Shown here piece after piece: positions 24,696-37,676 of a stretch of 42,151 nucleotides of DNA. The notes beneath the pieces were generated by a model. That model was given only the letters and a program-made list of their open reading frames with translations. It was not told where the DNA came from and did not search any database. Every line of letters starts with the position of its first letter. Position 1 is the first letter of the stretch. This DNA is from Blastocystis sp. subtype 4. Lineage: Eukaryota. The stretch covers positions 1 through 42,151 of the forward strand of contig NW_014569483.1 in assembly GCF_000743755.1 (NCBI RefSeq). The letters run 5' to 3'. Both the position numbers and the translations under genes were made by a program.

Positions 24696-26329
24696 TTATC
24701 TCATGCGCATCTCCATATCCGGAGACAATCTCTTCATCACAACTTGTTCCTTTCCATCAACTACTTCAACAGTACGTTCATAGAACAAAGGACGGAACTG
24801 CTCTGGTAAATGCATGACAGCCCAATCTTTACTATGCTCCAGCATCTGATCCATTCCCTAAGACTCACTCACCATCATCATTCCAACCTGAATGCGAGCA
24901 TAACAAATCTGACATGTTTTCTGTGAAGGAGTATTAGGCCAGTGTTTGTTATGAAACTAGATAAGGAGGAGGAGATCAAAATTACATTATTGTAGAGATC
25001 GAGAACCGTAGCTACATCCACTACATTGATATAGCAATAACCTAGATTGCACTGAGTATGAAAGTCGATCGGAAGATAGAAGAAATCATAACGATTCTTG
25101 ATGTACCCGTTCACGATTTTCAAAAGTACTTCCTGAGTGAAACTAGTCTTAATACCATAATTTTTCACTCACCTGTTGGGGATGTTACGAATCATCAATG
25201 TCGTTCGTGGATCCGTTCGAACCTTCTCTGGATCGATAACCAACAGCTGAGAGTTGGAGTCGGTGACTCGGCCATTCTTTCTACGTCCTCCGCGACGTTG
25301 ACCTCCATTCGGGTTTCCATTCCCTGCAGTCTCGCTTGCTTCCTCCATACACAAATCGGTACTTTTTTTGGCATCAGTCTCTGAGGATTGCTTCATGGTC
25401 TGAATGGGTGTGATGCTAGGAGGAATGTATTCACCAGCCGATGTTAAGTCACGCAAGGAGGTATGAGGTGGAGATGATGAAGAAAGATTGGTGCTCAAAG
25501 TGGAGGATGGAGGATACACTGGGATGGACGAGTTCATGGAAGAGAGCGAGGTGTTGGACATCGAAACAGGTGGATTGGTCGCCAATCCTGAAGGACCTCC
25601 TCTGGAATTCGGAGAATGTCGTAGAGGAGGATAAGGAGTTCTCGAATAGGAGGATGAAGAGGGCAAGACAAAATTCTCAGGAGAGGTGAATGTCAGATTA
25701 GTTCGTGGCGAGATTCGCTGCGCCTCATCCGAAGGGGAAAAGGAATAAGAATTTAAGAAGGAGGAGGGACGGTCAGAAGAATGCGGAATCCAGAAAGAGT
25801 CTTCGGGAGAGTAGCTGGTTGGTCTCGATGGAGGGAATCCATAGATATTGCTGAAAGATGGTGAAGTGGAACTGGAGTCGTGTCGGAGAACAGATAGGTC
25901 AGCAGAACGACTGAAATTGGAAGTCGGAAGTCCATAGGAATAAAAGTCCTGGATATCCAAAGATCTCTGCGAATCAAAAGCACGATAGGGCTCGGCAGGA
26001 TACACGAGACTGGGAGATTCGCCTGCCAGGTGATAGAATTGAGTTCGACCCATATCATCACTTGCCGTAGTACTAAAGTATTCTAAAGTCAAAACGGTTC
26101 CATAGAGCTCACCTGAGGGCGAAGACATTGATTTGGTGAACGAAGTCTCCGTGTCGTTTGGTGATGTTGTCCCAACTTCGAAAGAACGAAGTGTCCTATT
26201 CGGCACGGGGACAGCATTGTCTACTCGAGCTGATTCATTTCTGTCGTTTTCTCCCCTTCTTCTCCACGCTTCGGATTGAACCTGGATAGTCGTCAGTCCA
26301 GTATCCATTTTCGATTTGGAAGAACTCAT
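24696..26329 (-). CDS. Mei2-like RNA-binding protein (C-terminal RRM3 with a long Ser/Pro-rich N-terminus)
   Basis: RTTLMIRNIPN, YDFFYLPIDFHTQCNLGYCYIN, KTCQICYARIQG and FRPLFY. Confidence 0.88.
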
Positions 26330-26592
26330 TCTTTCAACTGAGAGAGTTGTCCCTTCAACAAAGGAGTAGTATTCGGTTTAAAACTAGATGGCGAGAAGGC
26401 ACGTGGTCAAACACACATTCTTTTTTCCAACTTTTGTTACAAATGATAGGTAAATGGATATTAGACATTTTCCTGAGGTATTTGAAAAGGCGAAGATCAC
26501 AGTCAATACTGTCCTGAATGGGCCTATTATGGTGACAAAACAGTTTAAAGACGATCCTAGATTATACAATGTGGTTCTGAATGGATGGTGTC

Positions 26593-27003
26593 ATGAAGGA
26601 TACATCACATAAAGAAGGAAATGAGTTCTGGAAAATGCACTAATAGTTGTGTTCTATAAGAATTCAATTGATCACAAAGCAGTCTTCATGAATACGAAAC
26701 CATCTGCAGCTGATACAATTTATGTTCAGGCACAAGTTGTAAATGATTTTAACACCAGGTTCGAGAAATGTGGGGTGTCGATCTAATACTTGTAGAATGG
26801 CGAGCGCATGCTTCGATATGTGTGTACATAATTTCCTAGTAAAGAATTTGGACGTTGAAGAGGAAACATGTGTTGATCGGTGTGCTTTCAAATACTTCAA
26901 GGTTCATCAAGAGATTAGCGGTGAAATGCATCAAGTGAAGGAAATGAATGAACTTCGAGAGCAAATGGCCAATCAACAAAACGAGGTGATGAGTCCACAA
27001 TAA
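26593..27003 (+). CDS. Small Tim (Tim9/Tim10 family) twin CX3C intermembrane-space chaperone; 5' end uncertain
   Basis: FNTRMASACFDMCV...EETCVDRCAFKY. The start codon and first intron could not be resolved. Confidence 0.75.
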
Positions 27004-27086
27004 ATAGGATAAGTATTGTTTGTTATTCCTACTACGTTTTTGCTTGTTTGAAATCAAAATCATCACAATAATCTCTTTCCAATCTC

Positions 27087-28587
27087 ATGCCTAAGGAACA
27101 CAGACGACGTAGACGTCAGCGACATGAACCATTGGGCGATCAGGTAGGTGTTGGGTGTTGTTGTTGATTTCTCGATTGATGCTGATAACCGCACTTACAA
27201 AGAGGTGAAAAAGCGAAATGAAAAGGAGATAAAGGAGGATGAGTACATTCCAGCGGATCTCTCCCGCAAGATCTTGAATATGGCTCACGAGCAGCAAGTT
27301 GTGGTTGAATTATTCTGAATAACGTATAGATGGAATTAAGTGACAACGAGGAAGCTGGAGAGGCAAATACGGAGAAAGACTTCCATTTTGTGGTTTCCAA
27401 TATGAATGACGAGGATGATATGGTCGATTTAAGTTCTGATGAGGGAGAATCGGAGGAATTTATCAAGGATTACAAGATCAGTGTAGAGGATGACGTAGGA
27501 TGTTGGAAGTGGAAATTCCGGATAGGAGGCATTAAAGATGTTCTTTGCACCGGATAATGGTGGACGAAGGACATTAGCAGATTTGATCACGCAAAAGATT
27601 GAGGAGAAGCAACAGAACGAGGAGGAATCCCATCAATTAGATCCAAAGGTAATTAAAGTGTATACATCGGTTGGAGGGATTCTTCATCAGTACAATTGAT
27701 TGATGGATTTGATTCTAGTTATCGTTCTGGTAAGCTTCCGAAGGCTTTCAAGATTATTCCAAGTTTGAGTAATTGGGAGGAGGTGATGTTGGAATGGACA
27801 AGTGATGTGTAGATTTTGTGGATTACAGAGCCTGATAAGTGGTCTCCACAAGCTACCTTCGCAGCATCTCGCATTTTTGCTTCTAACATGAATTCAAAGG
27901 TTGTCCAGCGATTTTACAATACGATTCTACTCCCTGCTGTGATTGATGACATTCAGGCTCATAAGTACCAGTAAAGGATTCATGTGATCTTTAGGAAACT
28001 GAACTATCATTTGTATCAAGCTTTAAAAAAAGCAATGTATAAGCCAGCAGCATTCTTTAAGGGAATTCTTCTTCCTTTATGTGAGGTAGGAATGATGAAG
28101 ATTAGTGATGTTGATAGGATGAATGCACGTTAAAAGAAGCTTTAATTGTGAGTTCGGTTATTGCCAAAGTATCAATTCCAATGGCACATAGTGCAGCTGC
28201 TTTGATGAAAATGACTCAATTACCGTGGGAATGAATATGATATTTGATTGGTTAGTTACTCAGGTGCAACTTCGTTATTTATGACTGTACTATTGAATAA
28301 GAAATACTCATTACCATATGTTCTGATTGATGCACTGGTTCAGTATTTTGCTGCATTTGAATCTGATAATCGTGAATTGCCTGTATTGTGGCAACAAGTG
28401 AGTATTGATAAAAAGAATGATATTTAGTCACTACTAACATTTGTTCAGAGGTATAAGATGGAACTGACAGCAGAACAAAAGGAAGCCTTAAAGCCAGTGT
28501 TGAAGAACCATTTCCATTATCAAATCACACCTGAGATTCGACGAGAGTTATTCTCAACAGCAAATCGTGGTGAAATGGATACTGTTT
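27087..28587 (+). CDS. BYSL: Bystin/Enp1 40S biogenesis factor; stop probably completed by poly(A)
   Basis: [50 protein letters not shown] and ITPEIRREL. It ends GEMDTV + T at 28587, 4 nt before TGTTTGTT. Confidence 0.93.
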
Positions 28588-28725
28588 GCAGTGTTTGTTT
28601 GAAGAAAGGATGATGAAGTGATAAGGAGATGGATTGTTGTGTTGTTTGAATGAACAGTTATGATAGTTTGTTCATTCTGTATCATGAATAACACTTCTAT
28701 CAACAAACAATTTAAGATAGATATC

Positions 28726-29873
28726 CTAGAAACTGAAGAAGGGAAACGAAGAACCTGATTGACTCTCCTTCTGTTGTTTTTCCTTATTCTACTTCTCACT
28801 CCAACATCTCATTCTCACTTCCTTAAAGATCAACATTGTCCGATTCAATCCTTCATCCAGTTGGAGAATCGAAGCAACATTATCACATCGATAGCAATAG
28901 TTAGGAGCTGACCAAACCTTCCATTCATTCAATCACACACTCCTTACTGTAATTAGATTCTTCTTTGAAAACATATACTCAAATCCCTGTTGAACCATTT
29001 GATGAGCTCGACATATCAATTCCAATCCATTCACTTCGTTAAACTACACTCCAGTCATGATCGTATCCATACCACATTCACTGGATCTTCACCAAACAGG
29101 TATCCAGCTCCTCGTGGACTCTGCTGAAATCCATCCACATTGTCAGGATCCGACCACAACAGATCACTGTAACATCCTGTTGGAGGAACCTCTTGTAGGC
29201 GATTCAGTGTACGTATTTGATCGATTGTAGCGATATCTGGAGACAAACCGCCATGAATACAGAGAACACGATTATCGACCAACTAGAATTCATCTCTATC
29301 TATTCTCATACAGCTGCAATACCCAAATAATCGAACACATCGGTACACCACACCCATGGTTCTGTTGAATCATACTTTTGTATAATTTCCGCATAGAAAC
29401 CATAAATACGTGTAATTTCTCGACATTCATGGTTTCCACGCAGAAGAGTGATTCGATCGGGATAACTAGATTGGATATCCAAATTACCTGTACCAAAGCT
29501 TCAAACTCATCAATAACTGAAATGTGGCACAAGAATTATACCCACGATCCACATAATCACCCTTCCATCAAGCCATACACACATATGTACCATGAAAATA
29601 TAACTTGTCTCCGGGATATCACCTCCTGTTGAAAATAGTTCCAACAAGTCACTATATTGACCATGAATGTCACCACATATCTAGGAGGTCATTTCTGAAA
29701 GGTGATTATTTACATTTACGGGACTGTGAACCGGTTGGACAGTATTCTCTTCAATCAGAATCTCTTTCACCTAAGACATCGAATATGCTACAGGTACCTA
29801 CACTTTCGCATAATTGCTGCAACATGGCCATAGGCAAAAGCTCATGTTCTCTGATGTATTGAAGGAATTCCAT
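28726..29873 (-). CDS. PPP-family Ser/Thr phosphatase, PP4/PP6-like catalytic subunit
   Basis: GDIHGQ, GDYVDRG, RGNHE, HGGLSP, LWSDP, SPRGAG, CRAHQ and SAPNYCYRC. The start is uncertain. Confidence 0.9.
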
Positions 29874-30013
29874 CTATGACCCATCAACATTTTATCCCAT
29901 GTTTCTTACAGTTCGAATGTTTTTATCCTTCTTTGAAGAGTCTTTGACTTGAAAATCATTGGGGGTTTCGTTAAGATAAAACGGTCACTTGGATATGACT
30001 CAACAAACAAACG

Positions 30014-30910
30014 AAATAGAAGCTTTTCTTCCAACAATGGGATTCAACAAAGCCTCCGTGGCAATATTCGTAAACTGACCATGTCCAGGTAATACCATCG
30101 TTTCTTTGGGTAAAACGAAGAGTTTCGATTTGATAGATTCTTTCAACTGATCCTCTGTACAAGTAAGTCCCAGCTTTTTCGATTCTTCATGGTCGCAACT
30201 CCCAATCGCATTACACAACAATGTATCTCCCGAGAACAAGAAATTACCAAAATGATAGCACATGGAACCAGGAGTGTGACCTGGAGTGAGGAGTGCAGTT
30301 CCCTAGGGATTACAAGAACGACACAATTCAACCTTGTGTCCAGCAACCTCAATTTGATCTCCATCTTTGATTTTGTTTAGTTCCATTTCATCCTCATTTA
30401 AAACACGATTTGCTTTGAGGAAGGGAAGATCTAACTCACTCACAATGATAGGAATCGATCCAAAATTCTGGATAATTTCACCAATAGAAGCAACATGGTT
30501 CAAATGACCATGGGTTAAGATGATCTGGCTAATGTTCGTCTGACATTTCTCAATAGCACGCAACAGCTTGTATCCATCCAGTCCAGGGTCAATTATGGCA
30601 CCTAGAATCAAGCACTCTTCTAATCCTTACCATCACACACTTCACTATCATACAGAATGTATGCATTCTCTCTGGTCTTTCCATTGGGAACAACCGTAAT
30701 CTTTAAGATACGTTCTGCTTCGTTTTCCTACATAATGAGGTGGATTGAATTCTAGATACTTCTATTTGATTAGACAACACGAGTATACATACCAGTAGTG
30801 TTAGGCTTCTCTTGCTCTGATGTACTAGCCCATCGCACAAATGAGTGTGTTGCTGTGGCAACTTTGGGCGATAGATTGCAGAGTCGTCGAATACACACAA
30901 GAGCACTCAT
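30014..30910 (-). CDS. Metallo-beta-lactamase-fold hydrolase (glyoxalase II/YcbL-like) with a putative organellar presequence; stop probably completed by poly(A)
   Basis: ENAYILY, IIDPG, LTHGHLNH, GHTPGS, LFSGDTL and VLPGHG; leader MSALVCIRRLCNLSPKV. It ends RKASI + T at 30014, 4 nt before TGTTTGTT. Confidence 0.8.
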
Positions 30911-31169
30911 TGCAGAGAATAGAAGTGACAAGGATGTAATAGCACCCTAACAAATACAAGATAGGCTATGAATGCTGATTCTAAGTAAAGCGAGTGATGG
31001 ATTCACCATGGCTTAACTTCCTATGGATTCGTGTTCTGAATTGGGAATAAAAGATTGTATAGGCGTAATTCGTCATAAATAACCCTATTTTGTATAGTGT
31101 TCGTACGGACTCAAATTGACCATATTTCTGCCAATTCTAGTCTTTGAAAGAAGTGCATACTTTTCTCGA

Positions 31170-34100
31170 ATGAGTGACCCGTCGGCTTCTGTTGAACCTG
31201 TTGAAGTGAAAAAGAGTAGTATTGACGAAGAGTGGTTAAGTCAAGATTGCCTTCGAAGACTGAAGGAAAAACTACAGGTTTCTCTTAAGCAGGCATTCCG
31301 AAAACTTGCAAAGGTATTATTTGGATTGTTCTCTGATGTGAAGAAAGTGTGTACTCACCCAAAGAGAACTCTTGTCATTTATTTTATTGTGCTGCTTATT
31401 TCTCTTTTGGGATTCTTGCGTCTAAACGACTTGAAGAACAATGATATAGCCGATTTGTTTACTCCTTCTGTTTGTTTTTTTGGTGTCTATTATTTCTAGA
31501 ATAGCGAAAGTCATACAGAAAAGGAAACCTACGAAGAATACTTCACTCCTTCCGATGACAGCTTTAATATTATTGCCGTTCCTGTTCGCAAGGGGAACAT
31601 TTTTTCCGACAATGATGCTTTGCTAGAGTTGCTTGACTTGGAGAAGAGTCTTATGGATATCACTGTAGAAGGAAAACACTATGAAGGTATTTGAAAAATA
31701 CACACGTACTATTTGTAGATTTCTGCCAAAAGCTTTCAGATGACAGTTGTCTGCATTTTAGTCCATTCATGTTTGTATAGGAGGGAACAGTAATATCAAG
31801 GTATTTCGATTGGAATTCGGAGACAGTTAAACTAACTGGTGATAAAGTAGAAAAGATTTGTACAAGCGAGATGAATTATGTTCCATTCTTGTATGTGTTT
31901 GGTTCGGTTGGTTTAATGCTAATTTGTTATTTTTAGTGTGGTACAGTTAACATTACGACATGTCAGGATGAGAATATGGGAATTACCAAAGCAAGTGCAA
32001 TGTCGATCGTATTTGGATTGGACTATCAAATATTGAATGAAACAATTCCTCACCAATGGATTGATGAAGCTGAAGCCAAAATGGAAGACATTCAACAGAA
32101 TTCCAAATATTGGGAGTATTATTACACTTCTTCTTACGGACTGTCCAATGAAGTAGAACGAGGTACACTAACCACTATGACAAAGTTAGTGGTTAGTATT
32201 ATCCTTGTGATAATCATGCTGATTTTTGCATTCCATGAAGATAGCTATAGAGTTAGTATCCAACTTGCTCTGTTAGCAATGGGATGTGTTTTAATCGCTG
32301 CTGTGATGGGTTTGGGCTTCTCATTGTTGGTAGGTCTCCCATGGACTACGATTACTCCTGTGATTGTGTTTCTGGCTATTGGCTTGGGTGTTGATAACAT
32401 GGTGTTGTTAACAATTTTGGTGTATCGTGGTGATAAGAATCATTCCCTTCAACATCGCATTGTTCATGCTGGTAAGTGTTTGTAGGAATGAATAAGAGGT
32501 AGCTGGTGAAGCAGCATTGTTCAATACACTCTCAACACTAACAACAGTGTTAGCTTTCTTGAGTAGTGGAGTATGAGATTGATGATGTGTAGTGGGAGTC
32601 AACAGTTCGTTCAAAGGCATTCGCACATTCTGCTTATCTTCTGCTCTCGTTATGACATGTGTCTTTATGAGTTCATTCACTTGTTATTTGGCTACTCTAT
32701 CCTTGATTCTTGCTAAGCAAGAAGCAAAAGATGCAGGAAAGAAGAAGAAACGACATCACAAACGAAGAGTTGAATCTGATGAAGAAGTGGACAATGGAGC
32801 CCTAACCAAGTTGTATCGGTATGTGATGATGATTGAATGTGATTGAATTTGATTTCTCTGTTCGATTCTTACCAATAGTGACTATATCTCAAAGATTTAT
32901 CTTCATGGTTGGTCACGTATTCTTGTGTTCCTTCTCTTCGTTGCTCTCATTGCATTCAGTGCATATAAGGTTACTACAATTCAACAGGGTATTGTTCCTG
33001 AAGATGCTGTGGCTGAAGACAGGTAACTGAAATATTTAGTTTTCATGATTAGCTTTGTAACAGCTTATCTGGGTGCAGCAAGGAAACATTTCCAAGAGAA
33101 AGTAGCAGAGTTGAATGTGATCTTTTATGACTCTCAGTTCACACGAAGTACACGACGCGTAGATTCCCATTGATTTACTAAGTCACAGGAAATCATTTCG
33201 AAAGTGATTAACGATGTGAAAGACGTCCCATATGTGATGAGTACATATGAAAACCCGTGGGAAACATTCGATTCGTATTTGGAGAATCGTGATGTGGCAC
33301 CAGCTGAAGCTTCAGGAGTCATGTTCTATTACTACTTACTGGATTGTTTGAATGCATGTCTATTGAACTCAAATCACATTTAGTCAAACAAACGTATTGC
33401 TGAACACATTTCAATTAACATGTCCAATTATCAAATCCCAGCTTCTAAAGTGCGTTTCAGTATCGATCCAGTTGCTGTATCCGATCTGGAAGTTGGTGAA
33501 GCAACCTTACTTGGAATGAGAGATGTCTTACAAAACTTTACAGATCAATATGGTCCTTTCATTAGTATGACTTCGTATAGTAGTATGTATCCTTACTATG
33601 AAATGGTTGGGATCACATTCAATGAAACTGTCATCAATTTGTTAACATCTGCCCTTGCTGTGATGATTGTCCTGTTTTTGTTATTACCTCCTGGACCATC
33701 ATTCTTAGCAGTCATATCAGTATTGTTGGCTGACGTATGTATCCTGGCTTGGATTCCTCTGACTGGTCTCAATCTGAATGCAATCACGAGTACGTGCATG
33801 GTAATGAGTGTGGGAATTGCTGTGGATTTCTCATCTCATGTTACTCATGCCTTTGTGGAGACGGATGGTAAAGGCAAGACAGGCGGAGAACGTGCTTCTC
33901 TTGCTGTGACTCGTATGGGTCGTTCTCTGACAACTTCAGCATTTACGACATTCCTTTCTGTCTTCATGCTGTCTACAGTGAATGTGCCATCAAATCGAAC
34001 CTTCTTCACAATGATGACTGGAGTGGTGATCTACGGAATGGCCTTTGGTCTCCTCTTTCTTCCCATTCTTCTGTCCTTCTTCAATCCAAAGTATGTGGAG

Positions 34101-34739
34101 CCTGTGGAGTTAAATTCACCTATGACACCTCTTCCTCCTGGTGAAGAAGCAGTGTTGCTTGAAAAAACACGGAGTCGTGGAGTCAGGCGTCATCATCGAC
34201 ATACGAAGCAAGAGAATGTGAAGGACAAAGAACGTTTGAAAGGAGAGGTTATTGTGAAGAGTGAGAGTGAGAATGAAGGAGTTGTGAAGAGTGAGAGTAA
34301 GAAGGCTATGAAGCATGAAGAGCCTGTGGCTGAGGCGATAAGTGACAGTTCTTCAGATTTTGAAGACGCTCGCAGCTATGATAGCTCTGGAAGCAAATTA
34401 TTGCGTGAAGTGGAGATGGTGGCTTTGGATCCCCTTCCTGTCGATGAAGCGAGTGTGGAGTACCAGTCAAGCGACCTACGAGAGACGTCTGAGGTACGAC
34501 TTGTTCCAGAGACAAAAGAGTCTGTCAAGAACACATCTGTTGTCAGTACATCCACCTCCATTAAGAGAGTGGATCCTTCTGCGCTGAAGAAGTTCCATAG
34601 GCCACGTGATATTGTGAAACAGGAAGCCATTAGCGATGGTGATAGCGAAGATGAACCTGAACCTGAGCCACCGAAAGATAGTGTTTCGGAGTCAAATTCT
34701 AAGGAGGGATTGTGGAGTCTTGTACGTAGTTTCTTATAA
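31170..34739 (+). CDS. Patched/NPC1-family sterol-sensing RND membrane protein
   Basis: FLAIGLGVDNM (SSD), SVGIAVDFSSH and GLLFLPILLS; two TM clusters and a long low-complexity tail. Confidence 0.88.
33354..33383 (+). other. GC-AG intron, 30 nt
   Basis: GCATGT...TTTAG. It is the only nearby phase-0 donor that removes the in-frame TAG and keeps CLN|SNKR in frame. Confidence 0.65.
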
Positions 34740-34873
34740 TGTATTGATTTGTTTGTGAAATCACATTGCTGGCTATTTTCCATGGTTTTTTTATGAATGT
34801 CAGAAAACAAGACGAATTCTTCACTTCCTAAATCCATCACTCTCTCTTTATCTGCTTAGACAATTATCCTACT

Positions 34874-35292
34874 ATGAGTGTAACAGGAAAGAGAATCATT
34901 GGAATGCCAACTTTACTTCTTTATGAGGCAGAAGGATGTACTGTGCTGATTCAAACAAGAGATGGTTCACTCTATCGTGGACGTATTGAAGAAGTTGAAG
35001 ACAACTGGAATATTCACATGTCTAATGTTGTGATGAAGACGCGAGGATCGAAGGACGAATCTCCTTTTAAACGGCTATTCATCCGAGGGGCGAATATTTC
35101 ATTTATTGTAATTCCTGATATGTAGTTATTGAAAATGGTGATGAAACATAGGTTTAAGAATTCTCCAATGTTCCAGCGAGTACTGGACTTCAAGAAGGGA
35201 ATCACAGCACCTAAAGTTGTAATGGACAATTCTCAGCGAGCAATGGCATTGACGGTATGTTGTGGTATGTCTTATTCATTGAATAGAAGTAG
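34874..35292 (+). CDS. SNRPD3: snRNP Sm D3-like protein
   Basis: IGMPTLLLYEAEG, YRGRIEEVEDNWN and FIRGANISFIVIPDM|FKNSPMF. Confidence 0.85.
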
Positions 35293-35318
35293 TTCTCTGT
35301 TTCTTTTCAAACAATATA

Positions 35319-37624
35319 CTAAAAGTGACACTTATCCCATTTATATTCCTGACGCTTCTTCCGTGCATCGCTGCTATCTAGAGCCCATCCAACCTTCAAT
35401 TCCTTTCCATTCACCACAGCTCCTGAAAGGAGCGAAAATGACATCGAAGCTAATTGATGGGAATCAAATTCGATAAAGCAATATCCCGCTGACGTTGTCA
35501 AAATTCCGGGCGAAGGAACATCTTGGAGTTCAATTTGAAGGTGAGGGCGGAGAATACTGTTTAGTGCAGCTGACACCTCATCGCCTGTAATTCCTTTATC
35601 GATGTTACCCACAAATAATGTTCGCTTGTTCTCAGCCGGTTCTTTCATTGAGAGAATACATCAATCGTACCCGTACGACATAGCAAATTACGAATCTGAA
35701 CACCAAAAATACGCATCGCAGGAATCAGAGCGCGTTCTCGCGCTGCTTTATCTTCAAAATGAACGAATCCATAACTATGAATAATCCCCGTGGAAATGAA
35801 TCACATCTTGCTTTCAGTGCTAGTCTGTCGGATCTTCGCAACTTTCTTTTCCTTCTCTTCATTCGGCGATGAGTAATCCAAAATCTCCACTTTATTCACT
35901 GTTCCACAATTCCGGAAAGCGCGAGCCAATTCTTCCGCTGTAATGCCTTGAGGCAAATTGTGGACAAACACTTGATACAATGAAGTAGAAACAGGAAGGG
36001 GATAAGGCGTATTGGAAGAAAATGTCAGAACTTTGCGTTTCTTCTTCATAGATGCTTTCATTAACTCATTCACATCTATTTGACACCATCTTATCCTATC
36101 CTACCAACATCAGGACGTGAATACAAACTAACTGCCTTCACAGTCAGCACAGGTTTTTTCATTCGTCGAACATGTTCCAATGTTGGAATTGTTAGTAATG
36201 CAGCCTACAAGTCAATCTCATCATGTACTTCAACATATTGTTCTAAAGAAGGTTGAACAAGGTATGCAGAACGACCACACAACTGACAAACATCACGAAT
36301 GAAGATTTGTCGATCCGTTTCAGTCATACCAGAATTCTGGAATTCACTTAATCGGTTCAATAAAATGGAATGTTGGTTATCATCTAATAGAGTTGATAAT
36401 CGGAATGCCAATAATAGAGCCCCTTTTTCTTGTTCTGCATTACTCTGATGTGGATTCTCATGTTCATTCTTACTCGGATATTCGTCTTACTGTGGTAGCG
36501 ACATTTGTTATATGCACAAATCAGTGTGTGCCGTTCTGCATCTCTGCGACGTACTTCTGGGCCTTGAACCGCACTGATCGAAATCAGGGGAAATTCTGTC
36601 AATCCCTTCACAACCCATTCAATCAATGCCAACAGATCTCCACTATGTTCGTTGAACTTCAAGATCGTCTACGATATAGAGAGAAAAGTGATGCCTACTC
36701 CAATTCGATTGAGGAATTGAGCGAGGGAGGAAGCTTTCCTTGGTGACTCGGCAAACTGATTGAAATAGGCGTACAATCGATTGGACTCTTCATCGCTCAC
36801 ATAACTCTCGATGCAATCCCGAACCACATTCACTCGCCATTGAAAGCCATCGTATTGGACATTTCTAGAGATGAGGAAGTGAAGCAATTGTCACTCCCAA
36901 TCACGGAAGAACTTCTCAGTCACTTTGGTTAAGGCATCCACTTGGAGTTGAACTTCCTTTTTTTCTTCTCCAGCTTCAGGAAACTCGGTACCATTGAAAT
37001 AGGACTCAATCCACGGCAAAAGAGAAGGTGAGACTTCATCAAGTCCTTTATCGAGATTTCGAAGCAATTTGTACAGAGCCTGACGATCAATAGGTGAAGG
37101 AAGCATAATAAACTTTTGCAACTCCCGATAACTATGGGTGGAGAGAAGAACAATCTCATACACAAACTTCTGCTTTCGATAGCTCAGCAAATCGTGAATT
37201 CGATCAGCTAAGATATCTGCGCGTTCATTCTCGATGACACCTTCATCTGTATTGAATTCCTTCCAACGATCGCTATCTTGAAAGCTCGAAATCTTCTTTC
37301 GAAAATCTTCCAACGACATTGGTCGCAGACCAACATCATTACCGTTTATACTCAGATTCGGCGGAGTGATTGGAACTGCATAAAGCTCGGGTCGCTGTTC
37401 CTCCGGTTCATCTACCAATTCTCCTGGAAGTGTGGTTGAAGCGGCTTTTGGAAGAAGCTCTGTAAATCTATTGCTAATATATTCTACATGATTTCTTACC
37501 TTCGATAAAAGGGTTTAGAAGGAAACAGAGGGAGATGATGCGAGGAAGAGGTAATAGACCGAGAAAAGGACGAATTCCTATAGAGTCGCAACAAGGAATG
37601 AAAATCCGGATGTTGCTTCCACAT
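35319..37624 (-). CDS. RNA-binding protein with two C-terminal RRMs and a putative organellar presequence
   Basis: VFVHNLP/YGFVHF and TLFVGNI/GYCFIEF RNP motifs. The leader LLRLYRNSSFSRSITSS follows the Met at 37624; an alternative ATG is at 37678. Confidence 0.7.
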
Positions 37625-37676
37625 TAGGAGAATTGTTTGAGTTCTTGTGGACGTGGAAAATTCGAGTCTATGAGCC

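Noticed and set aside
29965..29996. Minus-strand ATATCCAA...ATCTTAACGAAAC resembling a 32-nt AT-AC intron
   Set aside because: It is intergenic, only a few bases past the MBL gene's poly(A) element, has a weak donor and cannot be tested against any frame.
30985..31040. Possible box C/D snoRNA (GTGATGG...CTGA) in the MBL/NPC1 spacer
   Set aside because: The C box is imperfect, and there is no clear terminal stem or recognisable rRNA guide.
33587..33594. GTATCCTT perfect U12-like donor in the Patched/NPC1-like gene
   Set aside because: It lies in an uninterrupted ORF (MYPYYEM) at a family-typical position, with no branch-like motif about 35 nt downstream.
34376..34840. 154-aa antisense ORF and many other short ORFs in the track
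   Set aside because: They are shadow frames of identified genes or exon fragments with intron read-through, and have no independent motifs.
5230..35292. Functional cluster of snRNP biogenesis genes (PRMT5, TGS1, SmD3)
   Set aside because: They are separated by many unrelated housekeeping genes, which chance can explain in a compact genome.
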